This document shows, in pieces, positions 22,722 to 33,292 of a stretch of 64,000 nucleotides of DNA. The stretch spans positions 64,001 to 128,000 of the forward strand of contig JBMNLI010000007.1 of the NCBI GenBank assembly GCA_050952645.1. Direction: 5' to 3'. The translations under genes and the position numbers were made by a program. Numbering within the stretch: position 1 is the stretch's first letter; each line of letters starts with the position of its first letter. Origin of the DNA: Bdellovibrionota bacterium (GTDB lineage: Bacteria > Bdellovibrionota_C > UBA2361 > CAKMMH01). The notes beneath the pieces are model-generated. The model ran no database searches. It was not told the origin of the DNA and saw nothing but the letters and a program-made list of their open reading frames with translations.

Positions 22722-23063
22722 ATGAATAAAGATACTAAAAAAATAGATATTAATAAAATAAATATAGACGCATTAGATGATAAAACCTCTGGCATATATT
22801 TAAAAGTGCCTGAAAAGAAAGTAGTTATGATGCAGTCTTATTTTGAAATTTATGATGGAATAGCAACGGTTAGAACGCTCGATATAAGAAATTCGCTTAT
22901 CTGTATTATAGTTCCAAATTGCAACTTGCAAATATGTTTAGAAATTTTAGAAAGTATTAAAAAAGATGTAGGTTTTGAGTTTATTAAAAAGCCTGAAAAC
23001 ATAAAAGAAAATGATTTTGTAGGTTTTAAGAATACGCAAGTTTTTAGAGGGGGTAGAGTATAA
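22722..23063 (+). CDS. DUF4911-like protein
   Basis: FEIYDGIATVRTLD motif. Confidence 0.7.
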   Translation: MNKDTKKIDINKINIDALDDKTSGIYLKVPEKKVVMMQSYFEIYDGIATVRTLDIRNSLICIIVPNCNLQICLEILESIKKDVGFEFIKKPENIKENDFVGFKNTQVFRGGRV

Positions 23064-23082
23064 ACTAAAATTTTAGTTCTTC

Positions 23083-24075
23083 TTATTTTGCATTTACTAT
23101 TTCTAAAAGGATATCATCGGCCGTTATATTATCGACATCTGCTGTAAAATTTAAGATAACCCTATGTCTTAGCGTTGGGATAAAGGCTTTTTTAATATCA
23201 TCAAAAGAAGTATTTATTCTTCCATCTAAAAGAGCCAAAACCTTAGAGAGCATAATAAGTCCTTGAGCTCCTCTAGGGCCAGGAGGAAAAGATACGTATT
23301 TTTTTACTTTCATCGTTGAAAATTTATTTTTAGGGTTTAAAGCTTCAAGCATTCTAACGACTACATCTAAAAGAGTTTCTGAGATTATCACTTCCTTTAC
23401 GAGTGCTTTCATATTCGTTATAGTTTCTTTAGGGTTTTCAAACACGACATCTATTTTTGCGTTATCGCTTCTAGTAGTCCTTAAAATAATTTCTTTTAAT
23501 TGAGTAGCGTTAGGTAAGGTTAAAATAAGTTTCGTTAAAAATCTATCTAGTTGTGCTTCGGGTAACGGATACGTTCCTTCGAGTTCTATCGGGTTTTGAG
23601 TAGCGAGAACGAAAAAGGGTTCTTTAAGTTTATAAGTTGTATCAAAACTCGATACTTGTCTTTCTTCCATCGCTTCAAGTAAGGCAGATTGCGTCTTAGG
23701 GGTAGCCCTGTTAATTTCGTCTGCTAGCACTATATTTGAAAAAATTGGGCCACGCTTAAAGGTAAAATCTCTTTTTCCGCTATCGTCTTGAGATAAGATT
23801 AAAGTTCCCGTTAAATCGGTAGGCATTAAGTCTGGAGTAAATTGAATTCTTTTGAAATCTAAATTTAAAACTTGAGAAATAGTTTTAACGAGTAAAGTTT
23901 TGCCAAGTCCAGGGACACCTTCAAGGAGAACGTGTCCATTAGCAAAGATTGAAGCTAAGGTAAACTCTATAATATCGTCCATATCTACGATGCGTTTTTG
24001 AACCTCAGATTTTATCTTATAAAAATTTAAGCTAAACTCTTTTACTTTGTTTTCTAAGTCTTTAGTTGTTTCCAT
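23083..24075 (-). CDS. MoxR-family AAA+ ATPase
   Basis: LEGVPGLGKT, RIQFTPDLMPTD, LADEINRATPKTQSALLEAM, YPLPEAQLDRF. Confidence 0.95.
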   Translation of the reverse strand: METTKDLENKVKEFSLNFYKIKSEVQKRIVDMDDIIEFTLASIFANGHVLLEGVPGLGKTLLVKTISQVLNLDFKRIQFTPDLMPTDLTGTLILSQDDSGKRDFTFKRGPIFSNIVLADEINRATPKTQSALLEAMEERQVSSFDTTYKLKEPFFVLATQNPIELEGTYPLPEAQLDRFLTKLILTLPNATQLKEIILRTTRSDNAKIDVVFENPKETITNMKALVKEVIISETLLDVVVRMLEALNPKNKFSTMKVKKYVSFPPGPRGAQGLIMLSKVLALLDGRINTSFDDIKKAFIPTLRHRVILNFTADVDNITADDILLEIVNAK

Positions 24076-24081
24076 AATGTT

Positions 24082-25707
24082 TTAATTATCTTTTAAAATA
24101 TTTTGATATTCAAGAGGAATTTTAATTTTTTTCTGAGGCTTTTTGTTTTTATCATTTAATTTCGATGCTTCAATTTTAGTAGTTAGCTTAATTGCATCGC
24201 CTTTAGTAAGCTCCCCCTGCACGCTCCCCTCGTTTTTATTAAGATCTTTTAAATCGTTTTTAATGAAAGCCTCCTTTAATTTAGGTGATACTTTTTTATC
24301 CTTTCTCGCCCGTTCTAGCTCTTTTCCATCTATGCTAGCACCGCCGTGGTATTCGTTTTCTTTATCTTCTTTATGCTTTTTCTTCTCTTTTTTATTTTCT
24401 TTCTCTTCTTTATTCTCTTCATTCTCTCCTTGATCTTGATTTTTTTCTTTATCTTTTTTCTCTTCTTTTGCTTTATTCTTTTCTTTATTTCCTTCTTTAT
24501 TTCCTTCTTTTTCGTCTTTTAAAGGTTCTATCGATGAGGCATCACTTCTTTCTTTGTTATCGCTTTTGTTTTCATCTTGGGTTTCGTTTTGGGTTTTATC
24601 ATTATTATTTTTTTCGATTTTACTATTATCGTGTTTTTGATTTTCTTTATTTTTATTTTCTTTTTCTTTTTTAATTTGTTCTTCAAGGTCTTTTTTTATT
24701 TTATCTAATTCTTTTTGTAAGTCGTTAATACTTGGGTTGTTGTAATCTTCGTCTCTTGCATTTTGTTTATCATTTTTTGTGCTATCTTGATTTTGAGTTT
24801 TGTTTTCTTCTTTATTTTGATTATTGGAATCTTGATTATTAGAAGTGTCTCCGTCTTGCTCTTTAGAATCTGCTCCTTTAGATTCCCCTTGTGTTTGAGT
24901 CTGAGTTTGAGTAGGTGGCAGAGTGTTTGTAGGAGTAAATGTAGGAGTAGGTGTAAGAGGCTTTTCGTTATCTTCTAAATTATCATTTGGAGCGTTTTTA
25001 TTTAGGGTATTTTCTTTAAAGTTTTTAATATCATCTAAAGCTTTGGTTTTAGTAGTTTTAGTATTTAATTTTTCTATAAGGCCTTGAAGTTCATTTTTAA
25101 ATTTTTGAGAAATTGAGCTATCGGCTTTAATCTCACGGTTTATTTTATTTAATTTTTCTAAAGAGCTTTCGTTTATTATAGGAATAAATGTAAATTGCAC
25201 TAGAAAACAAAACAAAAGTAAGTAATTTAAGAATAATAAAATATGAGTTTTTTTTATTTTAATTTCTTCAAAGCTCGAAGCTTTTTTAGAGTTTAATAAA
25301 TAAGTTAATTGATTTTCTAGAAAAGTAATTTTTTCGTTATTGTTTGTGTTATCGTTTGTAGAATCATTCACGACGTTATTTATAGTATTATTTTTTATCT
25401 TTATATTTTTGATGGCTTCTAGGTAGCTTTCATATCTATTTTTTAAATTAAAGTGGGCATCTATTCTTAAATTTATTTTTTTCTTATTAAGAAAAATTAT
25501 TACTAACGATAATATAAAAGAGATAATTATAGAAGAAATTAAAATTATAAAAAAATCTTTGTAATATAATTTTGAGTTTAATAAAAGAAAGTAAAAGATA
25601 ACGATTAGACTATTTATAAATATAAAGACGAGGAGTAAGTCATAAAAAACTTTTAGAAAGCTCTTAAAATGTAAATCTTTTATAAATTTTTTTATATTTT
25701 TATTCAT
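24082..25707 (-). CDS. Membrane protein with a long low-complexity K/E/N/Q-rich region (moxR-operon associated)
   Basis: Three TM segments, PT/QT linker, C-terminal IPLEYQNIL. Confidence 0.6.
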   Translation of the reverse strand: MNKNIKKFIKDLHFKSFLKVFYDLLLVFIFINSLIVIFYFLLLNSKLYYKDFFIILISSIIISFILSLVIIFLNKKKINLRIDAHFNLKNRYESYLEAIKNIKIKNNTINNVVNDSTNDNTNNNEKITFLENQLTYLLNSKKASSFEEIKIKKTHILLFLNYLLLFCFLVQFTFIPIINESSLEKLNKINREIKADSSISQKFKNELQGLIEKLNTKTTKTKALDDIKNFKENTLNKNAPNDNLEDNEKPLTPTPTFTPTNTLPPTQTQTQTQGESKGADSKEQDGDTSNNQDSNNQNKEENKTQNQDSTKNDKQNARDEDYNNPSINDLQKELDKIKKDLEEQIKKEKENKNKENQKHDNSKIEKNNNDKTQNETQDENKSDNKERSDASSIEPLKDEKEGNKEGNKEKNKAKEEKKDKEKNQDQGENEENKEEKENKKEKKKHKEDKENEYHGGASIDGKELERARKDKKVSPKLKEAFIKNDLKDLNKNEGSVQGELTKGDAIKLTTKIEASKLNDKNKKPQKKIKIPLEYQNILKDN

Positions 25708-25765
25708 ATCATTAGCACAAGCCCTAACTTAAAGCATGAAGCCCGTTTTTCTTCTAATCTTCATT

Positions 25766-26755
25766 TCAGTTCTTTATATCCACCGCATCTATAAAGTATA
25801 AGCTTTTATTATTTGGGTTAAGAGAGAAAGATATAAAATTTCCGCTCGTCGGGTATAGAGCAGCCTTTATAGCCTTAGAACTTGGCGAGCAAATAGGCGT
25901 AGGAGGAAGCCCAATATTTAAAAAAGTGTTAAATGGAGAGTATTGCTTTTTAGCTTCTTCGGTTAAGGGACGAGCCTCGTAGGGTTTTCCGTAGTATACT
26001 GTAGATGTTGCATTTAAAGGGAGTTCCTTTTTTAATCTATTGTGGTAAGTAGCAGATACATTTCTTAAAGTTAGCTGATCTTTTACAATATTTAACTCCG
26101 TGCACTCGCCTTCGATAATAGATGCTAAGATTAAAATTTCTTCTTTATCCATTCCTAAAAATTTGGCCTGCTGATCATATATCGGAAGCCAGTGTTTTTT
26201 TTCTTGCTCTAAAATTTTCGATATCATTTCTTCTATCGTTATAGGGAGACTAAATTTATACGTTGAAGGGAAAAGCCTTCCTTCAAGTGTTCCATTTTTT
26301 ATACCTAAACTTACTATGTATTCTTTATCGTAAAATTTCTGTTCTAACTCTTCTTTAGTTCCTATGCCGGCAACCCTAAATTTTTCTATAATTTTAGTAA
26401 TAGTATCTGCTGGGGCTATCTTTAATTCTCTAACTTTAACATCAGCCTTGTTTATTTTTTTTACTATGCTTAGCGGCGTCATGGCCGCGGAGAGTTCGTA
26501 TTCACCGATGTTAATTTTATTGTTGAATGAACGCAATTTAGCAATAGTGTGGAAGCTCCACCAATGCTTTATAATTTTTTCGTCTTCTAATAATTTTCCT
26601 ATTTCTTTCGTATCTCCTTTAACTATGATAAGTTTCGTTTCGGTAGACTTAGGCATATAAGCAGATAGAAACAAATAGTGCAAAATAAGATAAGTGCATA
26701 AAGCCGTTATTAGAGGAAAGAAAAAAAGAATGGAAAGTTTTATTATTTGCTTCAT
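25766..26755 (-). CDS. mltG: Endolytic transglycosylase MltG (diverged)
   Basis: N-terminal TM, GEYEL, LEGRLFPSTY, ILASIIEGE, GLPPTPICSP. Confidence 0.88.
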   Translation of the reverse strand: MKQIIKLSILFFFPLITALCTYLILHYLFLSAYMPKSTETKLIIVKGDTKEIGKLLEDEKIIKHWWSFHTIAKLRSFNNKINIGEYELSAAMTPLSIVKKINKADVKVRELKIAPADTITKIIEKFRVAGIGTKEELEQKFYDKEYIVSLGIKNGTLEGRLFPSTYKFSLPITIEEMISKILEQEKKHWLPIYDQQAKFLGMDKEEILILASIIEGECTELNIVKDQLTLRNVSATYHNRLKKELPLNATSTVYYGKPYEARPLTEEAKKQYSPFNTFLNIGLPPTPICSPSSKAIKAALYPTSGNFISFSLNPNNKSLYFIDAVDIKN

Positions 26756-26878
26756 AGTTTATTTTGTTTTTAAATACTAAATACGATGTGCATATACGAT
26801 GTGCATATAATTGTGCATACAATGTGAGCACGTAACTTATAATACATAACATATAACACATAATATATAACACATAAT

Positions 26879-28736
26879 CCTTAACTTTGCAAAAAAGTTC
26901 ACCTAAAATTTTTTTTGTAATTTTTTATTTATTTGAGCAGCTTTTAATCTTACCTTATCAGCATCTATATCAAACGCATTTAATATAGTTTTTTGTCTTT
27001 TGCTTACTGCATAGCTCAGCTGATATAAATCCTTACTCCCTCTTACCATTTCAATTTTTTCAAGTTCTTTTAATGCGGCAGGAACATTCATATAGTTTGG
27101 CTTTTTTGTTAGCTTAGAAAGTTCTTCATTAAGTAGAATATAAATGCGATTGCGAATTATAAGTGCTATAAACTCTATAAAAATTTTAGCAGATACTGCC
27201 TGAGATGAATGAACTCTCATACTTTTTGAGCCTAAAAAAGTCTTATCAATAGCAAAAAGTTTCTCAGTTGCGTCTCTACCCTTGTAAAGTATTATAGCTT
27301 CTTTAGCACTCATTTCTTCCGAACTAACAAGACAAAAATACCCACATAAATTAAGAGCCTTTTGAATTTCATCTGCTCTCTCTTCTACTTTTCTTAACTT
27401 TCCTTGATTGTCATAACTTAAATCAAAAAATTGCTTATACGTTTGTCCAAACTTTGTATCTTTGCCAATATGGTTTTTTAAAAATTGTTCAAACTCCTCT
27501 AATTTAATTTCTAGTTGCTCCCTCTCAAATGCTTGCTTTTCCGCACTAAAATAAACATGAAAATAACGCTCCTTACTATCATCATCATATAATTTTGATT
27601 TCACTGTAGTGCCATATACCTTGTATAAGCGAATACTACAGTCTCTTTTAGACTCAAATGTATTCCTGTTTTCTTCTACTAATTTAGAAACTAAAGCCTT
27701 ACACCCTTTTACCATCAATAAAAAAGAAAAACCACTATTATCCATATATTGAATATTATATTTACTAAAATAACCACGGTCTAAAATAAATCCTATCTTT
27801 TTATATCCATACTCTATAACCTTATCTGCCATATGAGTAAATTGAGAAACGTCTGTAATAGAACCAGGATACTCTTCGTAAAATAACGGAACTCTATTCG
27901 TTTGATCAAAGGCAATGGATAAATTAAATACTGGGAATCCTTTTTCGTCTTTCGCTTTACCAAACTCTACTAATTCAACATCACCTGCTTGACAGTTCTT
28001 ATTAGTCGAATCATATGAAACGTAAACCATTTGATTGCGATCTTTTCCCTTGTTCCAATCGTCAAGAAAGTTAATTATCTGCTCTTTGCTAACAGAAGAA
28101 AGAAAACGACTTATGGTAGAATCACTATAGATGCGCATACCTTTTGTAAAGAGTGGATGAGAAAAGGCGTAGTCTGGATAATACTGACTGACATTCTCTT
28201 CATTTACAATAAAATAACTCGCTAAATCAAGTATAAGTTCACTACGTTCACCAAAATGTTTTTTTAGTAAAAAAGGCAAATTAAATTCATTTGCTACTTT
28301 TTCAATCACCAAGTGGGGACCTATACGAAGACAACAACTGCGTGAAGCGTCTGAAAATTTCTCGGGCATAGGGGCATCTGGAAAATAATTACTATAATTG
28401 TCATTAGGGTACATAATATCATCTCTACCATCAACTAATTTTCCAATAACGCTACGCTTTGGATTAGTATACTGTTTCTCTTTATTATAAGTGCGATCGT
28501 ATTCAAAAAGCACATATTTTGCTTCCCCTTTTTCTCTTATAATTATTTTATTTCTTTGCTCTGGTAATGGAACTGTTCGATTGTAATTCATAAAACCTCC
28601 TTTAGGTTAACGGTTGCACTAAAAGTATAGCATAGTAAATACACAGATGCAAGTAAAAAAATGCATAATTTAACGATTATTTCTTATTTATTTTAATTGA
28701 TTATTTGTTTAGGTGAACTTTTTTGAAAAGTTAAGG
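26879..28736 (-). mobile_element. IS1634-family insertion sequence, copy 1 (1858 bp)
   Basis: TIRs CCTTAACTTT(G/T)CAAAAAAGTTCACCTAAA; 5-bp target duplication ATAAT (26874-26878 / 28737-28741). Confidence 0.92.
26903..28591 (-). CDS. IS1634-family DDE transposase
   Basis: YDSTN, YPGSITD, ILDRGYFS, YKGRDATEKLF; protein identical to 56266-57954. Confidence 0.88.
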   Translation of the reverse strand: MNYNRTVPLPEQRNKIIIREKGEAKYVLFEYDRTYNKEKQYTNPKRSVIGKLVDGRDDIMYPNDNYSNYFPDAPMPEKFSDASRSCCLRIGPHLVIEKVANEFNLPFLLKKHFGERSELILDLASYFIVNEENVSQYYPDYAFSHPLFTKGMRIYSDSTISRFLSSVSKEQIINFLDDWNKGKDRNQMVYVSYDSTNKNCQAGDVELVEFGKAKDEKGFPVFNLSIAFDQTNRVPLFYEEYPGSITDVSQFTHMADKVIEYGYKKIGFILDRGYFSKYNIQYMDNSGFSFLLMVKGCKALVSKLVEENRNTFESKRDCSIRLYKVYGTTVKSKLYDDDSKERYFHVYFSAEKQAFEREQLEIKLEEFEQFLKNHIGKDTKFGQTYKQFFDLSYDNQGKLRKVEERADEIQKALNLCGYFCLVSSEEMSAKEAIILYKGRDATEKLFAIDKTFLGSKSMRVHSSQAVSAKIFIEFIALIIRNRIYILLNEELSKLTKKPNYMNVPAALKELEKIEMVRGSKDLYQLSYAVSKRQKTILNAFDIDADKVRLKAAQINKKLQKKF

Positions 28737-28765
28737 ATAATATATAACACGCACACAATATATAT

Positions 28766-29266
28766 TTATACTATAATATTTTCATTTGCAAAATACCTTT
28801 CAAGTATAATAGCAGCCGACATAGCGTCTATAACTCCAGAATCTCTAGTTTTTTTATCGCTCGTTTTTATATTAAGTCTTTCTTTAGCCTCGTAGGAACT
28901 AAAGAACTCATCGATAAATACGTATGGGATATTATTATTATCTTCGCTAAGTTTTTTTACAAAAGTGCGAACTTTTTGTGATGTAGTCGTTTCTTTATTA
29001 TCTTCATTTAAAGGAAGCCCTGAAACTATAAAAGATATATTTTTTTCTTTAATAAGATTTTTTATTTTTAATGTAGCTTCTTTTTTGTTTATAGTTTTTA
29101 GTGGAAAAACATTTTTAGTTTCGCTGTAGCCTATAGCTAGTCCTATGCGAGCTTCTCCTACATCTAGACTTAAGATATTGCTAGGGCTACTACTCTGCTC
29201 GTTAGTAAGGCTTTTATTATTTTTATTGTTATTATTATCTTGGTTGTCGTTAAGTTTGTTAGTCAT
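28766..29266 (-). CDS. ruvX: RuvX/YqgF pre-16S rRNA nuclease
   Basis: LSLDVGEARIGLA, VSGLP, DEFFSS, IDAMSAAIILERY; start codon uncertain (29266 or 29278). Confidence 0.92.
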   Translation of the reverse strand: MTNKLNDNQDNNNNKNNKSLTNEQSSSPSNILSLDVGEARIGLAIGYSETKNVFPLKTINKKEATLKIKNLIKEKNISFIVSGLPLNEDNKETTTSQKVRTFVKKLSEDNNNIPYVFIDEFFSSYEAKERLNIKTSDKKTRDSGVIDAMSAAIILERYFANENIIV

Positions 29267-29711
29267 ACTTCTTATCATAATTTGTTAGTCGTGCTTGTTA
29301 GTCGTGCCTGTTAGTCATATTAGCAAAAAAAAGGGGTATAATTTTTAAAAGATATTAAACGCTGTTTTAGCTATACTACATTAAAAGATTATACAATAAA
29401 ATATAATAAAAACAATATATTATAGTAAAAATATAAATTATTTTCCTTAAAAATGCTAGTCTTAAATTTTTATGAAATTTTTTTTCTCTTTTTAAAAATA
29501 TAATAGATGGCTATACTTAGAAAAGTTATTCTAATTGAAGGCAACTTTAGGTGATTAGTGTGTAAATTTTTTATATAAATTTTTATTTGAAATTTATTTG
29601 AAAAGTTTTTTTAAAGATCGCCGTAGAGGGAGTTTTGTTTTTAGAATTTTTATATTTAAAAAATATTTTAAAAAGTTGCTAGCTAATTTTTTATTGGAAT
29701 GTTTTTAAACT

Positions 29712-31352
29712 ATGGATTTTATAAAAAATAATAAGCTTGCTTGCACACTCGGTGTGTCGTGCTTGCTTATGGGGTTTATATCGATAGCTACTAATAGTAG
29801 TGATAATGGTAGCGATGTAAAAAAAGTTTCTAATGATAATACAAGTATCGCAAGTAGTATTTATAGCGGTGTTTATAATAATGGTGGTTATAATAATAAT
29901 GTAAATAAACAACTGAAAGTTTTTGCTCAAAATTTTCTAGATAAAGATTTTATCTTAAGAGATTTAATCGCAAGAAATGTGGCAAAGGGGAGCGCAAGCT
30001 CTAAAGCTACTTTAAACAATTACGCATCAAGAAGTAGTGTGCTTGAAAGTGGTGTTGGCGTGGGGCTTCATTTCGTAAATAATGAGATGGAAGTAGAAGG
30101 ATTATTACAATCCGAGTCTCAAAAGTTGATAAAAGAATCTAGTGCGATATTAAAGGCAAGACTTCAATATAATGAAGATGAAATAGACAATATAGGTATA
30201 GTTTCTAAAGAGTATGAGCAGGCAAATCTTTTACCGAAAGATTACGTAGATTATAAAGTAGTAAAAGGAGATACTTTAACGAAAGTATTTTTAAAAAATG
30301 GAGATACCGTTCAAGCTAGTTTAAAAGCTTATGATACACTTAAAAAAGCTAATAGGTCTTATGCTTCTTTAAGGCTAGGTGAGATTCTTAAAATTTACAA
30401 GAAAGATGGAAAGATTGATAAGATAGAGAAAAAGCTTTCTTTAGGGAGATCCGTAACGCTTATATTAAGTGATAACGGTTCTTATAAAGTTTCAGTTTAT
30501 GAACCTAAAATAATTGAAGAGGATAAAGTTATTACTGGAAAAATAAGTAGTTGTTTTTCAGTTGAAGCAAAAAGGCTTGGTATTCCTAATGATGTTATAG
30601 ACCAATTCGTCGATCTGTTTAGTAGTAAAGTTTCATTTCGTTCTTCGTTAAAAAGGGGAGATGTTTTTTCTATTAAATATTCTGAAAAGAAAACTACAGA
30701 TGGACTTTTTATTTCAGCGGGAAATATTAAATCGGCATCGATTATAAATAAGGGACGATTTCTATCGCTAGTTGGATATAAAGGAAAGAGTGGAAAGTTA
30801 AGTTATTATAATGAAAAGGGCGAGCCTGCTGGAAACTACATGTTAAGGTATCCACTTAATTTTACAAGAATCTCTTCGGTTTTCTCAGATAATAGGTTGC
30901 ATCCAATTTTAAAGAGAAATAGACCGCACAATGGGGTAGATTTCGCAGCACCAACGGGAACTCCTGTAAGAACCGTTGCAGATGGTCGTATTATTTCCGC
31001 AGGTTGGAATAAGAGTGCAGGAAAGATGATAAAAATTCAGCATGGACCAAAATATAAAACGGCTTATTTGCATCTTTCAAAGATTGCTCCTAATGTTAAA
31101 GTTGGAGCGTACGTTTCAAGGGGGGATTACATAGGGAATGTTGGTAGCACTGGGCTTTCAACGGGGCCTCATTTGCATTATAGTTTTTATGTAAACAATA
31201 AGTATGTAGATCCTTTAAAGGTTGATTTGCCGTCTATGCCTGTAGGTGGAGATAGGATTCCAAACTCTTATTTAAAGAATGCCATAGCAGAGCTTAGGGC
31301 AAATACTGAGGATATGATGGCATCAAAAGAGGACGATGCTACGGAGGCATAA
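29712..31352 (+). CDS. M23 peptidoglycan DD-endopeptidase (LysM/OapA plus M23)
   Basis: VVKGDTL, HNGVDFAAPTGTPV, YLHLS, STGPHLHY. Confidence 0.92.
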   Translation: MDFIKNNKLACTLGVSCLLMGFISIATNSSDNGSDVKKVSNDNTSIASSIYSGVYNNGGYNNNVNKQLKVFAQNFLDKDFILRDLIARNVAKGSASSKATLNNYASRSSVLESGVGVGLHFVNNEMEVEGLLQSESQKLIKESSAILKARLQYNEDEIDNIGIVSKEYEQANLLPKDYVDYKVVKGDTLTKVFLKNGDTVQASLKAYDTLKKANRSYASLRLGEILKIYKKDGKIDKIEKKLSLGRSVTLILSDNGSYKVSVYEPKIIEEDKVITGKISSCFSVEAKRLGIPNDVIDQFVDLFSSKVSFRSSLKRGDVFSIKYSEKKTTDGLFISAGNIKSASIINKGRFLSLVGYKGKSGKLSYYNEKGEPAGNYMLRYPLNFTRISSVFSDNRLHPILKRNRPHNGVDFAAPTGTPVRTVADGRIISAGWNKSAGKMIKIQHGPKYKTAYLHLSKIAPNVKVGAYVSRGDYIGNVGSTGLSTGPHLHYSFYVNNKYVDPLKVDLPSMPVGGDRIPNSYLKNAIAELRANTEDMMASKEDDATEA

Positions 31353-31456
31353 AAGCCCTGTTATGTTTTTCACTACTTACTTAATTTAAATTTTAAAATC
31401 AATGTTTCTTTTAGGCTTCTTTGGGGGAAGTGTTGCTAATTTTATTATTCTTTTAA

Positions 31457-32776
31457 ATGTCATGTTTTAATTCTAACGAACTTATAGCAAGGATTATAGC
31501 ACCAAGTTTTGGAAAAGATTTTATTGGTGTAGTCGTTGATGCTAAAGATAAGAACGTAATAAATAAAAAAGTTTTTATTCCTTACGTTTTAGTCGGTGAG
31601 CTAGTAAGGGTAAAAGTATTAAAAGACAGTAAGAATTTCCTGCGTGGTGAAGTTTTAGAGATTGTGGAAGCTTCCCCTTTTAGAGTAGAGCCTAAGTGTC
31701 CATCGTTTTATAGATGTGGTGGGTGTCATTATCAGCATATAGAGTATAGTCAGCAGTTAGAGTATAAAAAGAAAGTAGTTAGTGATTTTCTTTTGTTTCA
31801 ATCTAAGATTTTATCTAGTGATAGTGTAGATGACAATATAAAAGATGGTGGTATAAAAGTTTTAGGTGATAGTAATTTATCTTCTTTTTATTATAGAAAG
31901 AGAGCGGTTATTCATATTTTAGAAAATGGTAAGATGGGTTTTTTTGAGAACGGAACTCACAGCGTGGTAGATTTTGATGAATGTGCATTGTTATCTAGGG
32001 AGCTTTTAGAGTGTTATAAGATTTTAAAGCCTATAATTAGTAAGTATGGTAAATATTTTTATTCGCTAACTTTAGATATAGAAGGTAGTGATATTTATGT
32101 AATTTTAAGTATTAGAGATGAAAGCCTATTAAAGGAGTTAAGGTTTAATAATTATTTTAAAATTTATGAAGATTTGCCGTATAAGTTTATTTTTAAGTAT
32201 AGGGGCCAGGATGTTTTTAAAACATTTTCCCATGAAGATTCAGCAGGTAGTTTTTCTCAAGTAAATATTGAGGCTAATAAGTTTTTAGTAGATTTTGTAA
32301 TCAAAGAGGTTTCAGAGATTTCTAGTAAGCAAGGGATTTTAAATAGTATAACGGAGCTTTATGCTGGTGCTGGAAATTTTACTTTTTTACTTTCCGATTA
32401 TGCAAATAGAGTTGATGCTGTTGAACTAGATGGAGAGTTAGTAAAAAAGGGCATTAGTCTTTCTTTAAGTAAGGGATTAGAAGGTAAGGTAAATTTTATT
32501 CAAAGTTCGTGTGAAAAGTACGTAAAAAAAAATAAATTAGGTGCCCTTGTTCTTTTAGACCCTCCAAGGGGTGGAGCAAAGGAGGTTGTAAAATATATCA
32601 ATTTAAAGGATACGAAAAGCATAGTTTATATTAGTTGTTATCTTCCAACATTTCAAAGAGATTTAAAGGCTCTTTTAAGTAAGGGTTATAAGATGACTGC
32701 CCTTGCTCTGTTAGATATGTTTCCTAATACGCATCACGTGGAGTGCGTAGCATTACTACAAAGGGAAATTATGTAG
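31457..32776 (+). CDS. rlmD: 23S rRNA (uracil-C5)-methyltransferase RlmD/RumA; last 12 codons supplied by the island
   Basis: TRAM domain, CPSFYRCGGC Fe-S motif, ELYAGAG, DPPRGG, YISC, DMFPNTHHVE. Confidence 0.9.
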   Translation: MSCFNSNELIARIIAPSFGKDFIGVVVDAKDKNVINKKVFIPYVLVGELVRVKVLKDSKNFLRGEVLEIVEASPFRVEPKCPSFYRCGGCHYQHIEYSQQLEYKKKVVSDFLLFQSKILSSDSVDDNIKDGGIKVLGDSNLSSFYYRKRAVIHILENGKMGFFENGTHSVVDFDECALLSRELLECYKILKPIISKYGKYFYSLTLDIEGSDIYVILSIRDESLLKELRFNNYFKIYEDLPYKFIFKYRGQDVFKTFSHEDSAGSFSQVNIEANKFLVDFVIKEVSEISSKQGILNSITELYAGAGNFTFLLSDYANRVDAVELDGELVKKGISLSLSKGLEGKVNFIQSSCEKYVKKNKLGALVLLDPPRGGAKEVVKYINLKDTKSIVYISCYLPTFQRDLKALLSKGYKMTALALLDMFPNTHHVECVALLQREIM

Positions 32777-32913
32777 AAATCCTGAGATTCAAGCTCTTTC
32801 ACAACTATTTTGCCTTCGAAGAAGATGAGGCTAATTTTAAGAAAAAAGTGCTAAAAAAGTATTTCAATGTTTCAGTGGTGATTGACCTAGTTAGTGGAGA
32901 CATAAGAAAATAA
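32737..32913 (+). other. Detached 3' segment of the serine recombinase gene (58 codons, in frame only in the excised circle)
   Basis: RGVRSITTKGNYVEILRFKLFHNYFAFEEDEANFKKKVLKKYFNVSVVIDLVSGDIRK*; in frame with the recombinase after att joining; followed by a terminator. Confidence 0.75.
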
Positions 32914-32927
32914 GGATAGTTAAGAAT

Positions 32928-32955
32928 CAGCAAGGATAAAATCTTGCTGGTTTTT
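32928..32955 (+). terminator. Rho-independent terminator
   Basis: CAGCAAG/CTTGCTG stem plus T tract. Confidence 0.65.
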
Positions 32956-32970
32956 GCATTTATACTTTCA

Positions 32971-33059
32971 GACTTGTTAAAAGGACAAGTCAAGAATGAT
33001 GGTTTTGATAATTCTAGAATGGCAAAAATGAAAAGTCTAGACTTGTCAAAAAGACAACC
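32971..33059. promoter_or_regulatory. Two operator-like palindromes, GACTTGTC-N5-GACAAGTC consensus
   Basis: Copies at 32971-32991 and 33040-33059. Confidence 0.45.
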
Positions 33060-33292
33060 TAACTATATAGAGATTAGTTAGATTGATAGAGTTAGATATA
33101 TATTAGGGCTGAAACGGTGGTTTACCGTATTAGATAATAGTAAGAGCTATTAAGTAGAAATAACTATTAAAAAATACTAACTATATGATACAATTATATA
33201 CAATAATTATAATAAATTAATTTATATAAAATATGTGGTAACAAAAGCTTATTAATCAATGTTTATATTAAAAAAATAAGAGGAGGAATACA

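Noticed and set aside
32805..32993. 62-aa minus-strand ORF
   Set aside because: Antisense to the detached recombinase segment and its terminator, which are better supported.
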